A stretch of DNA of 64,000 nucleotides. Origin: Rhizomicrobium sp. (lineage in GTDB: Bacteria > Pseudomonadota > Alphaproteobacteria > Micropepsales > Micropepsaceae). Of the stretch, positions 1 through 9,455 are shown in pieces. Every line of letters starts with the position of its first letter. The first letter of the stretch is position 1. The stretch covers positions 718,756 to 782,755 of the forward strand of contig JBBCGJ010000001.1 of assembly GCA_037200985.1 (NCBI GenBank), read 5' to 3'. Position numbers and translations under genes: made by a program. The notes below the pieces were generated by a model. That model saw only the letters and a list, made by a program, of their open reading frames with translations. It was not told the origin of the DNA and made no database searches.

Positions 1-2
1 CC

Positions 3-1721
3 CCGGCGCGGGCAGAGTGGAGTGCGTTGTTCGGCGAGGACTGCTACTGGCGCGACCTGCTGGCCTTCACTTGGAACATCGTGACGCTCGAGGGGCGCGA
101 CGCGATCGCCGCCATGGTCCGGGAGCAGGCGGGTTCCATCGGCGCCGGCGGTTTCGCGCCCGACGTTCCCGCGCTGCCGATGACCGACGAGACGCAGGGC
201 TGGTTCACCTTCGAGACCGCGACCGCGCGCTGCCGCGGCCATGTCCAGCTTCGCGACGGCCGCGCCCATATCCTTCTCACCGCCATGATCGAGCTCATCG
301 GCCATGAAGAGATCGGCGGACCGCGCCGCCCCGACGGCATCGCGCATCGCGCCGGCAGGGGCCGCCGGACCTGGCGCGACGAGCGGGAGGCGACCGCCCG
401 CACGCTCGGGCACAGCGTCCAGCCCTATTGCCTCATCGTCGGCGGTGGCCAGAACGGACTGATGCTCGCGGCGCGCCTCAAGCGCCTCGGCGTGTCCGCC
501 TTGGTGATCGACGCGCTGGAAAGGCCCGGCGACAGCTGGCGCGCGCGCTATCACTCGCTCTATCTGCACGATCCGGTCTTCCTCGACCACTTCCCCTATC
601 TGCCCTTTCCCGACCATTGGCCGCTTTACTCGTCCAAGGACAAGATCGCCGATTGGCTGGAGATCTATGCCAAGGCGATGGAGATCGATTTCTGGGGCGG
701 TGCGCTGGGCACCGCCGCCCGCCATGACGCGAAGACGGGCGAATGGACCGTCACCGTCGAGCGCGGCGGCGAAACGCTGACGCTCCGGCCCAGGCAGTTC
801 GTCCTCGCCACCGGCCTTTCGGGCGCGAAGCATATTCCCGCGATTCCCGGCGCCGAGCGCTTCGGCGGCAAGCACTATCATTCGGCCGACCATGGCAGCG
901 GCGTCGGCCTGGCCGGCAAGCGCTGCGTCGTCATCGGCTCGAACAATTCGGCGCATGACATCTGCGTCGATCTCTGGGAACACGATGCGCGGGTGACGAT
1001 GATCCAGCGCTCTCCTACCATCGTGGTGCGCGCCGACACGATGCGCGAGGTCTCCAAGGACATCTACTACGCGCAGCCCGGCGCGGACGTCGACCTTGCC
1101 GATCTCATGGGCGCGACCATGCCGTTCCGCCCGCGCACGGCGTTCGAGAAAGGCTTTGCCGACCATCTGCGGAAGATCGACGCCGATTTCTACACGCGCC
1201 TGGAAAAGAGTGGCTTCCGGCTCTGGCACGGCGAAGACGAGACCGGCTTCTTCATGGCGTATTATCGCCGCGCCGCGGGCTATTACATCGACGTCGGCGG
1301 TTCGGATCTGATCGCCGGCGGCGAGATCGCGGTCCGCCACGGCGAGATCGCCGAGATCGTCGAGGACGGTTTGCGCCTGGCGGACGGTACCTTCCTGCCG
1401 GCCGATGTCATCGTTTATGCGACCGGCTATCGGCCCATGCACGAATGGACCAGCCATCTCGTTTCGCCCGAGATCGCGCGCAAGGTCGGGCCCTGCTGGG
1501 GGTTGGGCTCGGGCACCGAGGGCGATCCCGGTCCCTGGGAAGGCGAGCTGCGCAACATGTGGAAGCCGACGGCGCAGGAGGGACTCTGGTTCCAGGGCGG
1601 CAATCTCATGCAGAGCCGCTTCCATTCGCTGCACCTCGCATTGCAGCTCAAGGCGCGGATGGAAGGCCTGCCGACGCGGGTCTTTCGCGCGCCGCCGATA
1701 AAGATGACGCTGAGCGACTAA
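3..1721 (+). CDS. FAD/NAD(P)-binding flavin-containing monooxygenase family protein, 5' end cut by the window edge
   Basis: The frame is open from the window edge, with no stop upstream of the TTG at 27. Dinucleotide-binding motif IVGGGQNGLMLAARL, second nucleotide motif VIGSNNSAHD, and ATGY near the C-terminus. Confidence 0.8.
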   Translation, partial: PARAEWSALFGEDCYWRDLLAFTWNIVTLEGRDAIAAMVREQAGSIGAGGFAPDVPALPMTDETQGWFTFETATARCRGHVQLRDGRAHILLTAMIELIGHEEIGGPRRPDGIAHRAGRGRRTWRDEREATARTLGHSVQPYCLIVGGGQNGLMLAARLKRLGVSALVIDALERPGDSWRARYHSLYLHDPVFLDHFPYLPFPDHWPLYSSKDKIADWLEIYAKAMEIDFWGGALGTAARHDAKTGEWTVTVERGGETLTLRPRQFVLATGLSGAKHIPAIPGAERFGGKHYHSADHGSGVGLAGKRCVVIGSNNSAHDICVDLWEHDARVTMIQRSPTIVVRADTMREVSKDIYYAQPGADVDLADLMGATMPFRPRTAFEKGFADHLRKIDADFYTRLEKSGFRLWHGEDETGFFMAYYRRAAGYYIDVGGSDLIAGGEIAVRHGEIAEIVEDGLRLADGTFLPADVIVYATGYRPMHEWTSHLVSPEIARKVGPCWGLGSGTEGDPGPWEGELRNMWKPTAQEGLWFQGGNLMQSRFHSLHLALQLKARMEGLPTRVFRAPPIKMTLSD

Positions 1722-1868
1722 GTCTGATATCCGACATTGCGGCGTCGCCAGCGGGACAGGCGCAACAATACCGGCGAATATTGGAACCATTGAACGTCGG
1801 AATTGTTGCTTGAGTAGGGGCGTTGGGTTCAGCGCACAATCGGCAGCGGCGCAGCTTGCGCCGGCGAG

Positions 1869-2822
1869 ATGATGCAGATGGAACTGCCATGGACCTATTT
1901 CGCTCTCGGCCTCTGCATTCGGTCCGAACGCCCGATCCTTGAGCTGGCCGTGTGCGTCGACGGCGCCGGCTGTCCCGGACCTGTCGTCGAAATCCGATGG
2001 GCGGGCCTGGACCCTGACCTCCCGGGCGCCCGCTATCGCGGCCCCATCATCCAGGTCGGCGACAATGAAATCCAGCTCGCCGTCGGCGATATCGCGCGCT
2101 TCCGCATGCGGGCCGGCAATGAGATCGTTGTCGACGCGCTGCCCGGCGCGTCGGAGCGCGACGTCCGCGTCTATCTGCTCGGCGCGGCGCTCGGCATGTT
2201 GTGCCATCAGCGCGCCTTGCTGCCGCTGCACGCCAATGCCGTCGTGATGCGCGGCCGGGTCGTCGCCATTGCGGGCTGCTCGGGCGCCGGAAAATCGACG
2301 CTCGCCGCGCATTACCACGACAAGGGCTACGAGATCCTGTCCGACGATGTCTGCGCCGTGAGCTTTCCGGACGAGGGCGCCCCGCTCGCATGGCCAGGTA
2401 TCCCGCGGCTGCGGCTGTGGCGGGATTCGGCGGAAGCTTCGGGCCGGGACGTGGAACGGCTGGAACAGGTCGCCGACGGCCTGGAAAAATACCATTGGCC
2501 GGTCAAATTGCACGCGGCGCTGGAAGGCCTGCCGCTCGAGCGAATCTACGTTCTGTCCGATGCCGGGCGCGGAACGCGGCCCGGGATTTCGCGGCTCACG
2601 GGCTCCGACGCCCTGGAAGCGGTCATGGAACAGACCTTTCGCCGCGAATATCTCGGCCTGATGGACGGCGCGCGGCAGCGCTTCGCAAACGGCATCGCGC
2701 TGCTGGCAAGCGTGCCGGTTTTCCGCGTTCCCTGGCCGCACGATTTCGGCTTGCTGGCGGCGGAAGCGGCGCGGCTCGAAGACCACATCCTCGACGACGC
2801 AATGGCGGATCGCGCGTTGTGA
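1869..2822 (+). CDS. HPr kinase/phosphorylase-related kinase (lasso precursor Ser kinase type)
   Basis: 317-aa ORF with P-loop IAGCSGAGKSTLAAHY followed by ILSDDV. Its TGA overlaps the GTG of the next gene (GTGA). It lies in a lasso B2/A/B1/C context. Confidence 0.8.
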   Translation: MMQMELPWTYFALGLCIRSERPILELAVCVDGAGCPGPVVEIRWAGLDPDLPGARYRGPIIQVGDNEIQLAVGDIARFRMRAGNEIVVDALPGASERDVRVYLLGAALGMLCHQRALLPLHANAVVMRGRVVAIAGCSGAGKSTLAAHYHDKGYEILSDDVCAVSFPDEGAPLAWPGIPRLRLWRDSAEASGRDVERLEQVADGLEKYHWPVKLHAALEGLPLERIYVLSDAGRGTRPGISRLTGSDALEAVMEQTFRREYLGLMDGARQRFANGIALLASVPVFRVPWPHDFGLLAAEAARLEDHILDDAMADRAL

Positions 2823-3286
2823 GACCATTCCGCCTTCGCGAGCTCGCGGCGGCGAGCGCGGGCAAACGACTGCTTCTGTGCGAGACGCTGGTGGCGCTGT
2901 CCGTGGCGAGCCTGGCGATCAGGATTTTGCCCTTCCGGACCGTCATGGCCACCGCGCGCCACATCGCGCGCGGTCCGGCGCGTTCCGGCGCGGAGCGGCA
3001 CGCCACCTGCGCACGCATCCGCTGGTCGGTGACCACCTGCGCCGGTCGCCTTCCCTGGCATCCGCTTTGTTTTCCGCAAGGGCTGGCGGCGCAATGGATG
3101 CTGCGCCGCCGCCGAGTCCCATCCGTTCTTTACTACGGCGCCGCGCCCGACGCCGCGAAGGGAATCGTGGCGCATGTGTGGGTGTGCGATCGCGATGTGC
3201 CCGTCGTGGGAGGACAAGCGGCGGAAGGCTTGGCCGTCCTGGCGAGATTTCCGTCCGCCGAGTCGGGCCACGCGGCATCCTCTTGA
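2819..3286 (+). CDS. Lasso peptide biosynthesis B2 protein (transglutaminase-like leader peptidase)
   Basis: GTG at 2819 gives 155 aa. Cys/His/Asp context PLCFPQGLAAQWML ... AHVWVCDRD is typical of lasso B2 proteases. The longer 2201 start would overlap the kinase gene out of frame. Confidence 0.85.
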   Translation: MRPFRLRELAAASAGKRLLLCETLVALSVASLAIRILPFRTVMATARHIARGPARSGAERHATCARIRWSVTTCAGRLPWHPLCFPQGLAAQWMLRRRRVPSVLYYGAAPDAAKGIVAHVWVCDRDVPVVGGQAAEGLAVLARFPSAESGHAASS

Positions 3287-3365
3287 CGGCGGTCGGCATC
3301 TGCAGGCACGTGGTATGCGTGAAGCTTGGTTCGCCGAACTATTTGTCGATGGCGTGAATTAATGT

Positions 3366-3389
3366 GTTCCACCGCTTTTATAGTGGAAC
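3366..3389. promoter_or_regulatory. Perfect inverted repeat GTTCCAC-N10-GTGGAAC upstream of the lasso precursor gene
   Basis: 7-bp arms inside the AT-rich 3350-3458 gap between B2 and the precursor. Confidence 0.4.
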
Positions 3390-3400
3390 TTTACCGTTCT

Positions 3401-3428
3401 CTTGACCGTATAGTCTTGTGACTATACT
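3401..3428 (+). promoter_or_regulatory. Candidate sigma-70 promoter CTTGAC-N16-TATACT overlapped by the perfect palindrome GTATAGTC-TTGT-GACTATAC (3408-3427)
   Basis: The -35/-10 hexamers and spacing fit the alphaproteobacterial housekeeping consensus. They lie ~30 nt upstream of the precursor ATG. The 8-bp-arm palindrome spans the spacer and the -10. Confidence 0.45.
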
Positions 3429-3458
3429 TGTTATCCCTACAACCTGAAGGAATACGCA

Positions 3459-3608
3459 ATGGCAAGAAGCGACGAGCAGCGGGAATGGGCGGGCGTGTCA
3501 CCTTCGGCACGCGCGGTTTATGAGAAACCCAGCTTCCATCGGATCGGCGCCGATGAAGCGGAAACCGGAATCCAATTCGGTCCCGAAATTCTGATCCTAC
3601 TGAGTTGA
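3459..3608 (+). CDS. Lasso peptide precursor (A peptide), 49 aa: MARSDEQREWAGVSPSARAVYEKPSFHRIGADEAETGIQFGPEILILLS
   Basis: Hand-translated; absent from the ORF track. GAAGGA RBS lies 7 nt before the ATG. The gene sits between B2 and B1. Leader has Y-x-x-P-x-F-x3-G-x5-T-G spacing. One Glu in the C-terminal part, and a C-terminal Ser consistent with the adjacent kinase. Confidence 0.75.
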   Translation: MARSDEQREWAGVSPSARAVYEKPSFHRIGADEAETGIQFGPEILILLS

Positions 3609-3633
3609 GCGCGCCCGCCTGCGATAGGCGCGC
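3609..3633 (+). promoter_or_regulatory. GC-only stem-loop immediately after the precursor stop codon
   Basis: GCGCGCC-N11-GGCGCGC begins 1 nt after the TGA at 3606-3608. No U-tract follows. The B1 gene starts at 3656. Confidence 0.45.
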
Positions 3634-3655
3634 GTCGACCCGAGGCTGCATCTGA

Positions 3656-3970
3656 ATGGACAACAAACCGCCGCTGACGTCGGCGTCTCGCGTCGTGCGC
3701 AGCAGCAACCTTGTTCAGGCCGAGGTCAATGGCGAGATCGTCGCCCTGCACATCGAAAAAGGTACCTGCTACGGACTGAACAAGGTCGGCTCGCGCGTCT
3801 GGGAGCTGGCCGCCTCGCCGGTTTGCGTCTTGGACATCTGCGCGATTCTTTCCAAGGAATATGACGTTGCGCCGGCCATCTGCCAGAGCGACGTCCTCGA
3901 TCTGCTCGAAGGCTTGCGCGCGGAGGGTTTGATCGACGCGCTTCCGGCGAATACCCCGCCGGGGCCCTAA
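3656..3970 (+). CDS. Lasso peptide biosynthesis B1 protein (PqqD-family RiPP recognition element)
   Basis: 104 aa with a PqqD-like pattern EVNGEIVALHIEKGTCYGLNKVGSRVWEL ... DVLDLLEGL. Located immediately upstream of the cyclase gene. Confidence 0.85.
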   Translation: MDNKPPLTSASRVVRSSNLVQAEVNGEIVALHIEKGTCYGLNKVGSRVWELAASPVCVLDICAILSKEYDVAPAICQSDVLDLLEGLRAEGLIDALPANTPPGP

Positions 3971-3972
3971 AG

Positions 3973-5913
3973 GTGACCGCCATCGCCGGCATGTGGCGTC
4001 TCGACGGCCGGAGCGACGCGGCGCCGGCCTGCGCCCGCATGCTGGCGGCACAGAAAATCTACGGACCCGATACGGCGGATCGATGGGACGACGGTTTCGT
4101 CGCCGTCGGCCGGGCGCTGTTTCGGCTGCTGCCTGAAGACGTTCATGACATGCAGCCCCTGGTCGGCTCGTCCGGCAAGCTTGTTCTCGTGGCTGACATC
4201 CGGCTCGACAACCGCGACGACCTTGTCTCCGCGCTCGGCCTGTCGCCGACGTTCGCACGCACACTCTGCGATGCGGCGATCCTGCTGGCGGCCTTCGAGC
4301 GCTGGGATGTCGGATGCCTCGACCGCATCGTCGGCGACTTCGCCTTCGCGGTCTGGGATATGCAGCGCCGCCGCCTCGTGCTGGCGCGCGATCCTCTGGG
4401 CCAGCGGCCGCTTCACTACCACCGCGGCGCCGGCCTGTTCGCCTTTGCGACCATGCCCAAGGGCCTGCATGCCCTGGCCGAGATCCCGCGCGCGCCGGAC
4501 GAGGACCGCGTGGCGGAATTCGTCGTCCTGCTGCCGGAAACGGGCTCACCGTCCTACTTCGCCGGCATCGAGCGCGTCGAGCCCGGCCATGTCGTCACGG
4601 TCGATGCGAGCGGCGTCGCGAGCCGCCGCTATTGGGAACCGTCGCGCCCGAGCGCATCCTTCAAGACGGCGGGCGATTATGAGGAGGGGTTGCGCCATTA
4701 CGTCGATCTGGCCGTACGGTCGCGGCTGCGCGGCGTGTCCGGCACGGTCGCGACGCATCTGAGCGCGGGGCTCGACAGTTCCATCGTCACGGCGACGGCT
4801 GCGAGGGAAATGGCGCGTTCGGGAGGGCGCGTCATGGCGTTGACCGCGGTCCCGCGCGAGGGCTATGCGGCCCGGCCGGACGGCGCATGCATCAGCGACG
4901 AGAGCCCGCACGCGGCATTGACCGCGGCGCTCCATCCGAACATCGACCATGTCGCGATCAGCGGCGACGCGACCGCGCTGCTTGGAGAGCTCGACCGCTA
5001 TTTCTTCCTGTTCGAACAGCCGGTCCGCGATCTGCCCAACGGCGCCTGGGTCTGCGCCGTCAACGACGCGATCCGCCGCCGAAAAATCTCCATATTGCTG
5101 CCCGGCTATTTGGGAAATCTGACGCTCAGCTACAACGGCGTCGAACGCCTGGCGCAGGATGTCGGACGCGGGCGCTGGCTCAGCTGGTATCGCGAATGCG
5201 CCGCGGTGATCCGCAGCGGACATATGAGCCGGTTGGGAGCGCTCGGCGCCAGCTTCGGCCCGCAATTGCCGCCTTCGCTATGGGCCTGGCTGAAGCGGGT
5301 GCTGAGGGGCCAGGATCTCGACGTGACCTCCCACACCGGCATCCATCCGGGGCGGCTCGCGGAACTCGATCTGAAGGGCAGGGCGCGGTCGCGCGATCTC
5401 GATTTCACCTATCGGCCGCGCAAGGACGGCTTTGCGACCCGGCTTTGGGCGCTTCGTCGCGTCGACATGGGAAACGTGAACAAGGGCACGCTGGCCGGCT
5501 GGGGCATCGACCAGCGCGATCCGACGACGGACCGCCGGCTGGTGGAATTCTGCCTCGGCGTACCGGCGGGGCTGTTTCTCGCGAACGGCATCCCGCGGGC
5601 GCTCGCGCGCCGGGCCTTTGCGGACCGCGTCCCCGCCGCCGTCCTCAACGAACGGCGCCGCGGCCGTCAAGGCGCCGATTGGCACGAAAGCGTCGACGCG
5701 GCGCGTGTCCCGATCGCGGAGGAAATCGCGCGGCTCGGCGATTGCGCCCCCGCGGCCCGGACGCTCGACCTGGCGCGCTTGCGAGGATTGGCGGCCGACT
5801 GGCCGCGCGAGGGATGGGAGCGGGAATCGACCGAGCTGTCCTATCGCATCGTCCTGATGCGTGCCTTGGCGGTGGGACATTTCCTGCGCCGGGCCGGCGG
5901 CGGCAATATGTGA
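3973..5913 (+). CDS. Lasso peptide isopeptide bond-forming cyclase (asparagine synthetase-like C protein)
   Basis: 646 aa, GTG start 2 nt after the B1 stop. Asn-synthetase-B-like architecture with PP-loop HLSAGLDSS. Confidence 0.9.
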   Translation: MTAIAGMWRLDGRSDAAPACARMLAAQKIYGPDTADRWDDGFVAVGRALFRLLPEDVHDMQPLVGSSGKLVLVADIRLDNRDDLVSALGLSPTFARTLCDAAILLAAFERWDVGCLDRIVGDFAFAVWDMQRRRLVLARDPLGQRPLHYHRGAGLFAFATMPKGLHALAEIPRAPDEDRVAEFVVLLPETGSPSYFAGIERVEPGHVVTVDASGVASRRYWEPSRPSASFKTAGDYEEGLRHYVDLAVRSRLRGVSGTVATHLSAGLDSSIVTATAAREMARSGGRVMALTAVPREGYAARPDGACISDESPHAALTAALHPNIDHVAISGDATALLGELDRYFFLFEQPVRDLPNGAWVCAVNDAIRRRKISILLPGYLGNLTLSYNGVERLAQDVGRGRWLSWYRECAAVIRSGHMSRLGALGASFGPQLPPSLWAWLKRVLRGQDLDVTSHTGIHPGRLAELDLKGRARSRDLDFTYRPRKDGFATRLWALRRVDMGNVNKGTLAGWGIDQRDPTTDRRLVEFCLGVPAGLFLANGIPRALARRAFADRVPAAVLNERRRGRQGADWHESVDAARVPIAEEIARLGDCAPAARTLDLARLRGLAADWPREGWERESTELSYRIVLMRALAVGHFLRRAGGGNM

Positions 5914-5940
5914 TGCGCGCCGCGGCTCCGGCGACGGCCG

Positions 5941-7449
5941 TCACGAAAGCGGCTTGCGGCACCAGAATTCGTACATTTGCGAAAACAGGAACGGATCGTC
6001 CCGTTCCAGTCGGGCCCAGGCGGCGATGTCCCGGTAAAGCGCGCCGATCGGTGCGCCGGTGCGGTGCTGGGCCGCGCGTCGGCGCGGCGGCAGACCGTAT
6101 CCCAGGAAGACCAGGCCCAGCGTCTCGATCGCACGCATGATGCGCGGCACGTCGAAGGCGATTTCATGCCGGTGCAGGAGCAAATCGAACACGCTGGCCA
6201 GCGTGTAGAAGTCGGGCGATCCCGCGACCAGGGCCGGTGCCTTCTCGACCAGGCGCCTCCGCACCGCGCGCAGGAGATCTGCGTCGACAGGCTGCGCCGC
6301 CAGATCGGCGATGAGGGTCTGTGCCGCCCGTATGCGCAGCCGCGCCACCGCGCTGTAGACCATCACATGCATGACGCCGCCGGGCTTGAGCACGCGCACG
6401 AGCGCTTCCCATCCCGCCTCGGGATCGGGCAGGTGATGGAGCACGCCGCTGCAGGTGATGGCGTCGAACCGGGTTTCCAGCGACGCGACGTCGTGAAGAT
6501 CGAGCGCGAGAAACGTGATACTGCGCAATCCCGCCGCGGCGCAACGCTCTGCCCCATAGCGCAGGCTGGCCTCGCTTATGTCGATCGCCGTGATGTGGGC
6601 GTCCGGACATTGACGCGCCCAGATGGCTGCTTCGCGCCCGGTGCCGCAGCCGGCGACCAGGATTTCCGCGCGCAGGGGTGGCGTGCCGCGCGGGCCGCCG
6701 GGATCGAGCTTCTCGATCAGACGCGGCAGCGTCGTGGTCTTGGAGACCATGACGCGGGACCACGCCGGATAAGGAAAGGACTCGTATTGCCCCGCGACGG
6801 CGCGGGTCGTCGGGTCGGCTTGGGCCGGCCGCACGACATCGTAGGGCGGCGGCGGCCGATAGGCGCGCGCGACGTCCGTGTCGCCTTCCGTGCCGAGGCG
6901 TTCGTCTTCTTCGGCATCGAAAAGCCATGCCCCGCCGTTTCGCACGGTCTGCGCTGCCAGCGCCGCGACCGAACGCGGAAACGTAGGCCAGCGCCCCGAC
7001 AACAGCAGCCAGCGGCGAAGCGCGGTCAGGGAAATCTCGACATCCAGATTCGCGACATGCGTCTCGCGAAGCAACCGCTGCGCCAGCAGGTTGGTCTCCA
7101 GCCACCGCCCGACATCGTCCGGCGCGGCCGACGCCTGCAAGAGCGGCGTCTCGCGCGAAAGGAGGACCCATCCCGCCGGGCCGATGAACCACGGATCGAC
7201 ATCCGCGTCGTCCAGCAGGGCATGCAAGGACGACGCCCTATCCGGCCCGATCAGATCCGGGCTGTCCAGAAGAAGGCGTGCGATGAGAGCCTTTGTCTGC
7301 CGATCGTCCGGCGCGGTGTCGAGGATGCTCCATGCCGCGGCGAGGGCTTCGCCGGCCCGCCCCGCGGCCTCATGGCCCAGGGCGGTGGAGCGCAGCGTCT
7401 CCCGCTCGTTTTCGAAAGAGGGGAGGGTCGCGCCGGTTCCGTCCGTCAT
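5941..7449 (-). CDS. Class I SAM-dependent methyltransferase with a ~270-aa N-terminal domain of unknown function
   Basis: ATG at 7449 is 4 nt downstream of the radical SAM stop. Motif I ILVAGCGTGREA, then LDLHD and VLKPGGVM, preceded by QYESFPYPAW. I do not recognise the N-terminal half. Confidence 0.8.
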   Translation of the reverse strand: MTDGTGATLPSFENERETLRSTALGHEAAGRAGEALAAAWSILDTAPDDRQTKALIARLLLDSPDLIGPDRASSLHALLDDADVDPWFIGPAGWVLLSRETPLLQASAAPDDVGRWLETNLLAQRLLRETHVANLDVEISLTALRRWLLLSGRWPTFPRSVAALAAQTVRNGGAWLFDAEEDERLGTEGDTDVARAYRPPPPYDVVRPAQADPTTRAVAGQYESFPYPAWSRVMVSKTTTLPRLIEKLDPGGPRGTPPLRAEILVAGCGTGREAAIWARQCPDAHITAIDISEASLRYGAERCAAAGLRSITFLALDLHDVASLETRFDAITCSGVLHHLPDPEAGWEALVRVLKPGGVMHVMVYSAVARLRIRAAQTLIADLAAQPVDADLLRAVRRRLVEKAPALVAGSPDFYTLASVFDLLLHRHEIAFDVPRIMRAIETLGLVFLGYGLPPRRRAAQHRTGAPIGALYRDIAAWARLERDDPFLFSQMYEFWCRKPLS

Positions 7450-7453
7450 GCCG

Positions 7454-9277
<1,824 letters not shown>

Positions 9278-9455
9278 CGACCCTCCAGGCCGGCGCGCGC
9301 CGGTGGACCGTACTACGCTTGTTGAACAATGATTATTGGAAAAAGATGGCGCAGTTCTTGGGATGATGCGCCAAAAGCCGCAAATACTCCAATCGTCGCC
9401 CGAAGGTGGTCGACGGCTTTCAAAGTTCCGTATCCGCGGCCCGTGCCGGTATTCC

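Noticed and set aside
3-1721. The flavin monooxygenase at the window start as a lasso tailoring enzyme.
   Set aside because: It is co-directional, but a 147-nt gap separates it from the cluster and nothing links it to RiPP chemistry. I cannot support the claim from sequence alone.
2201-2818. N-terminal 206-aa extension of the B2 ORF (track ORF 2201-3286).
   Set aside because: It overlaps the kinase gene in another frame and is Arg-rich nonsense. The GTG at 2819 gives a normal-sized B2 with a GTGA junction.
3315-3362. 15-aa ORF MREAWFAELFVDGVN just downstream of B2, considered as a second or alternative precursor.
   Set aside because: It has no RBS, no leader motif, no Gly/acidic ring pair and is too short. 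It lies upstream of the putative promoter.
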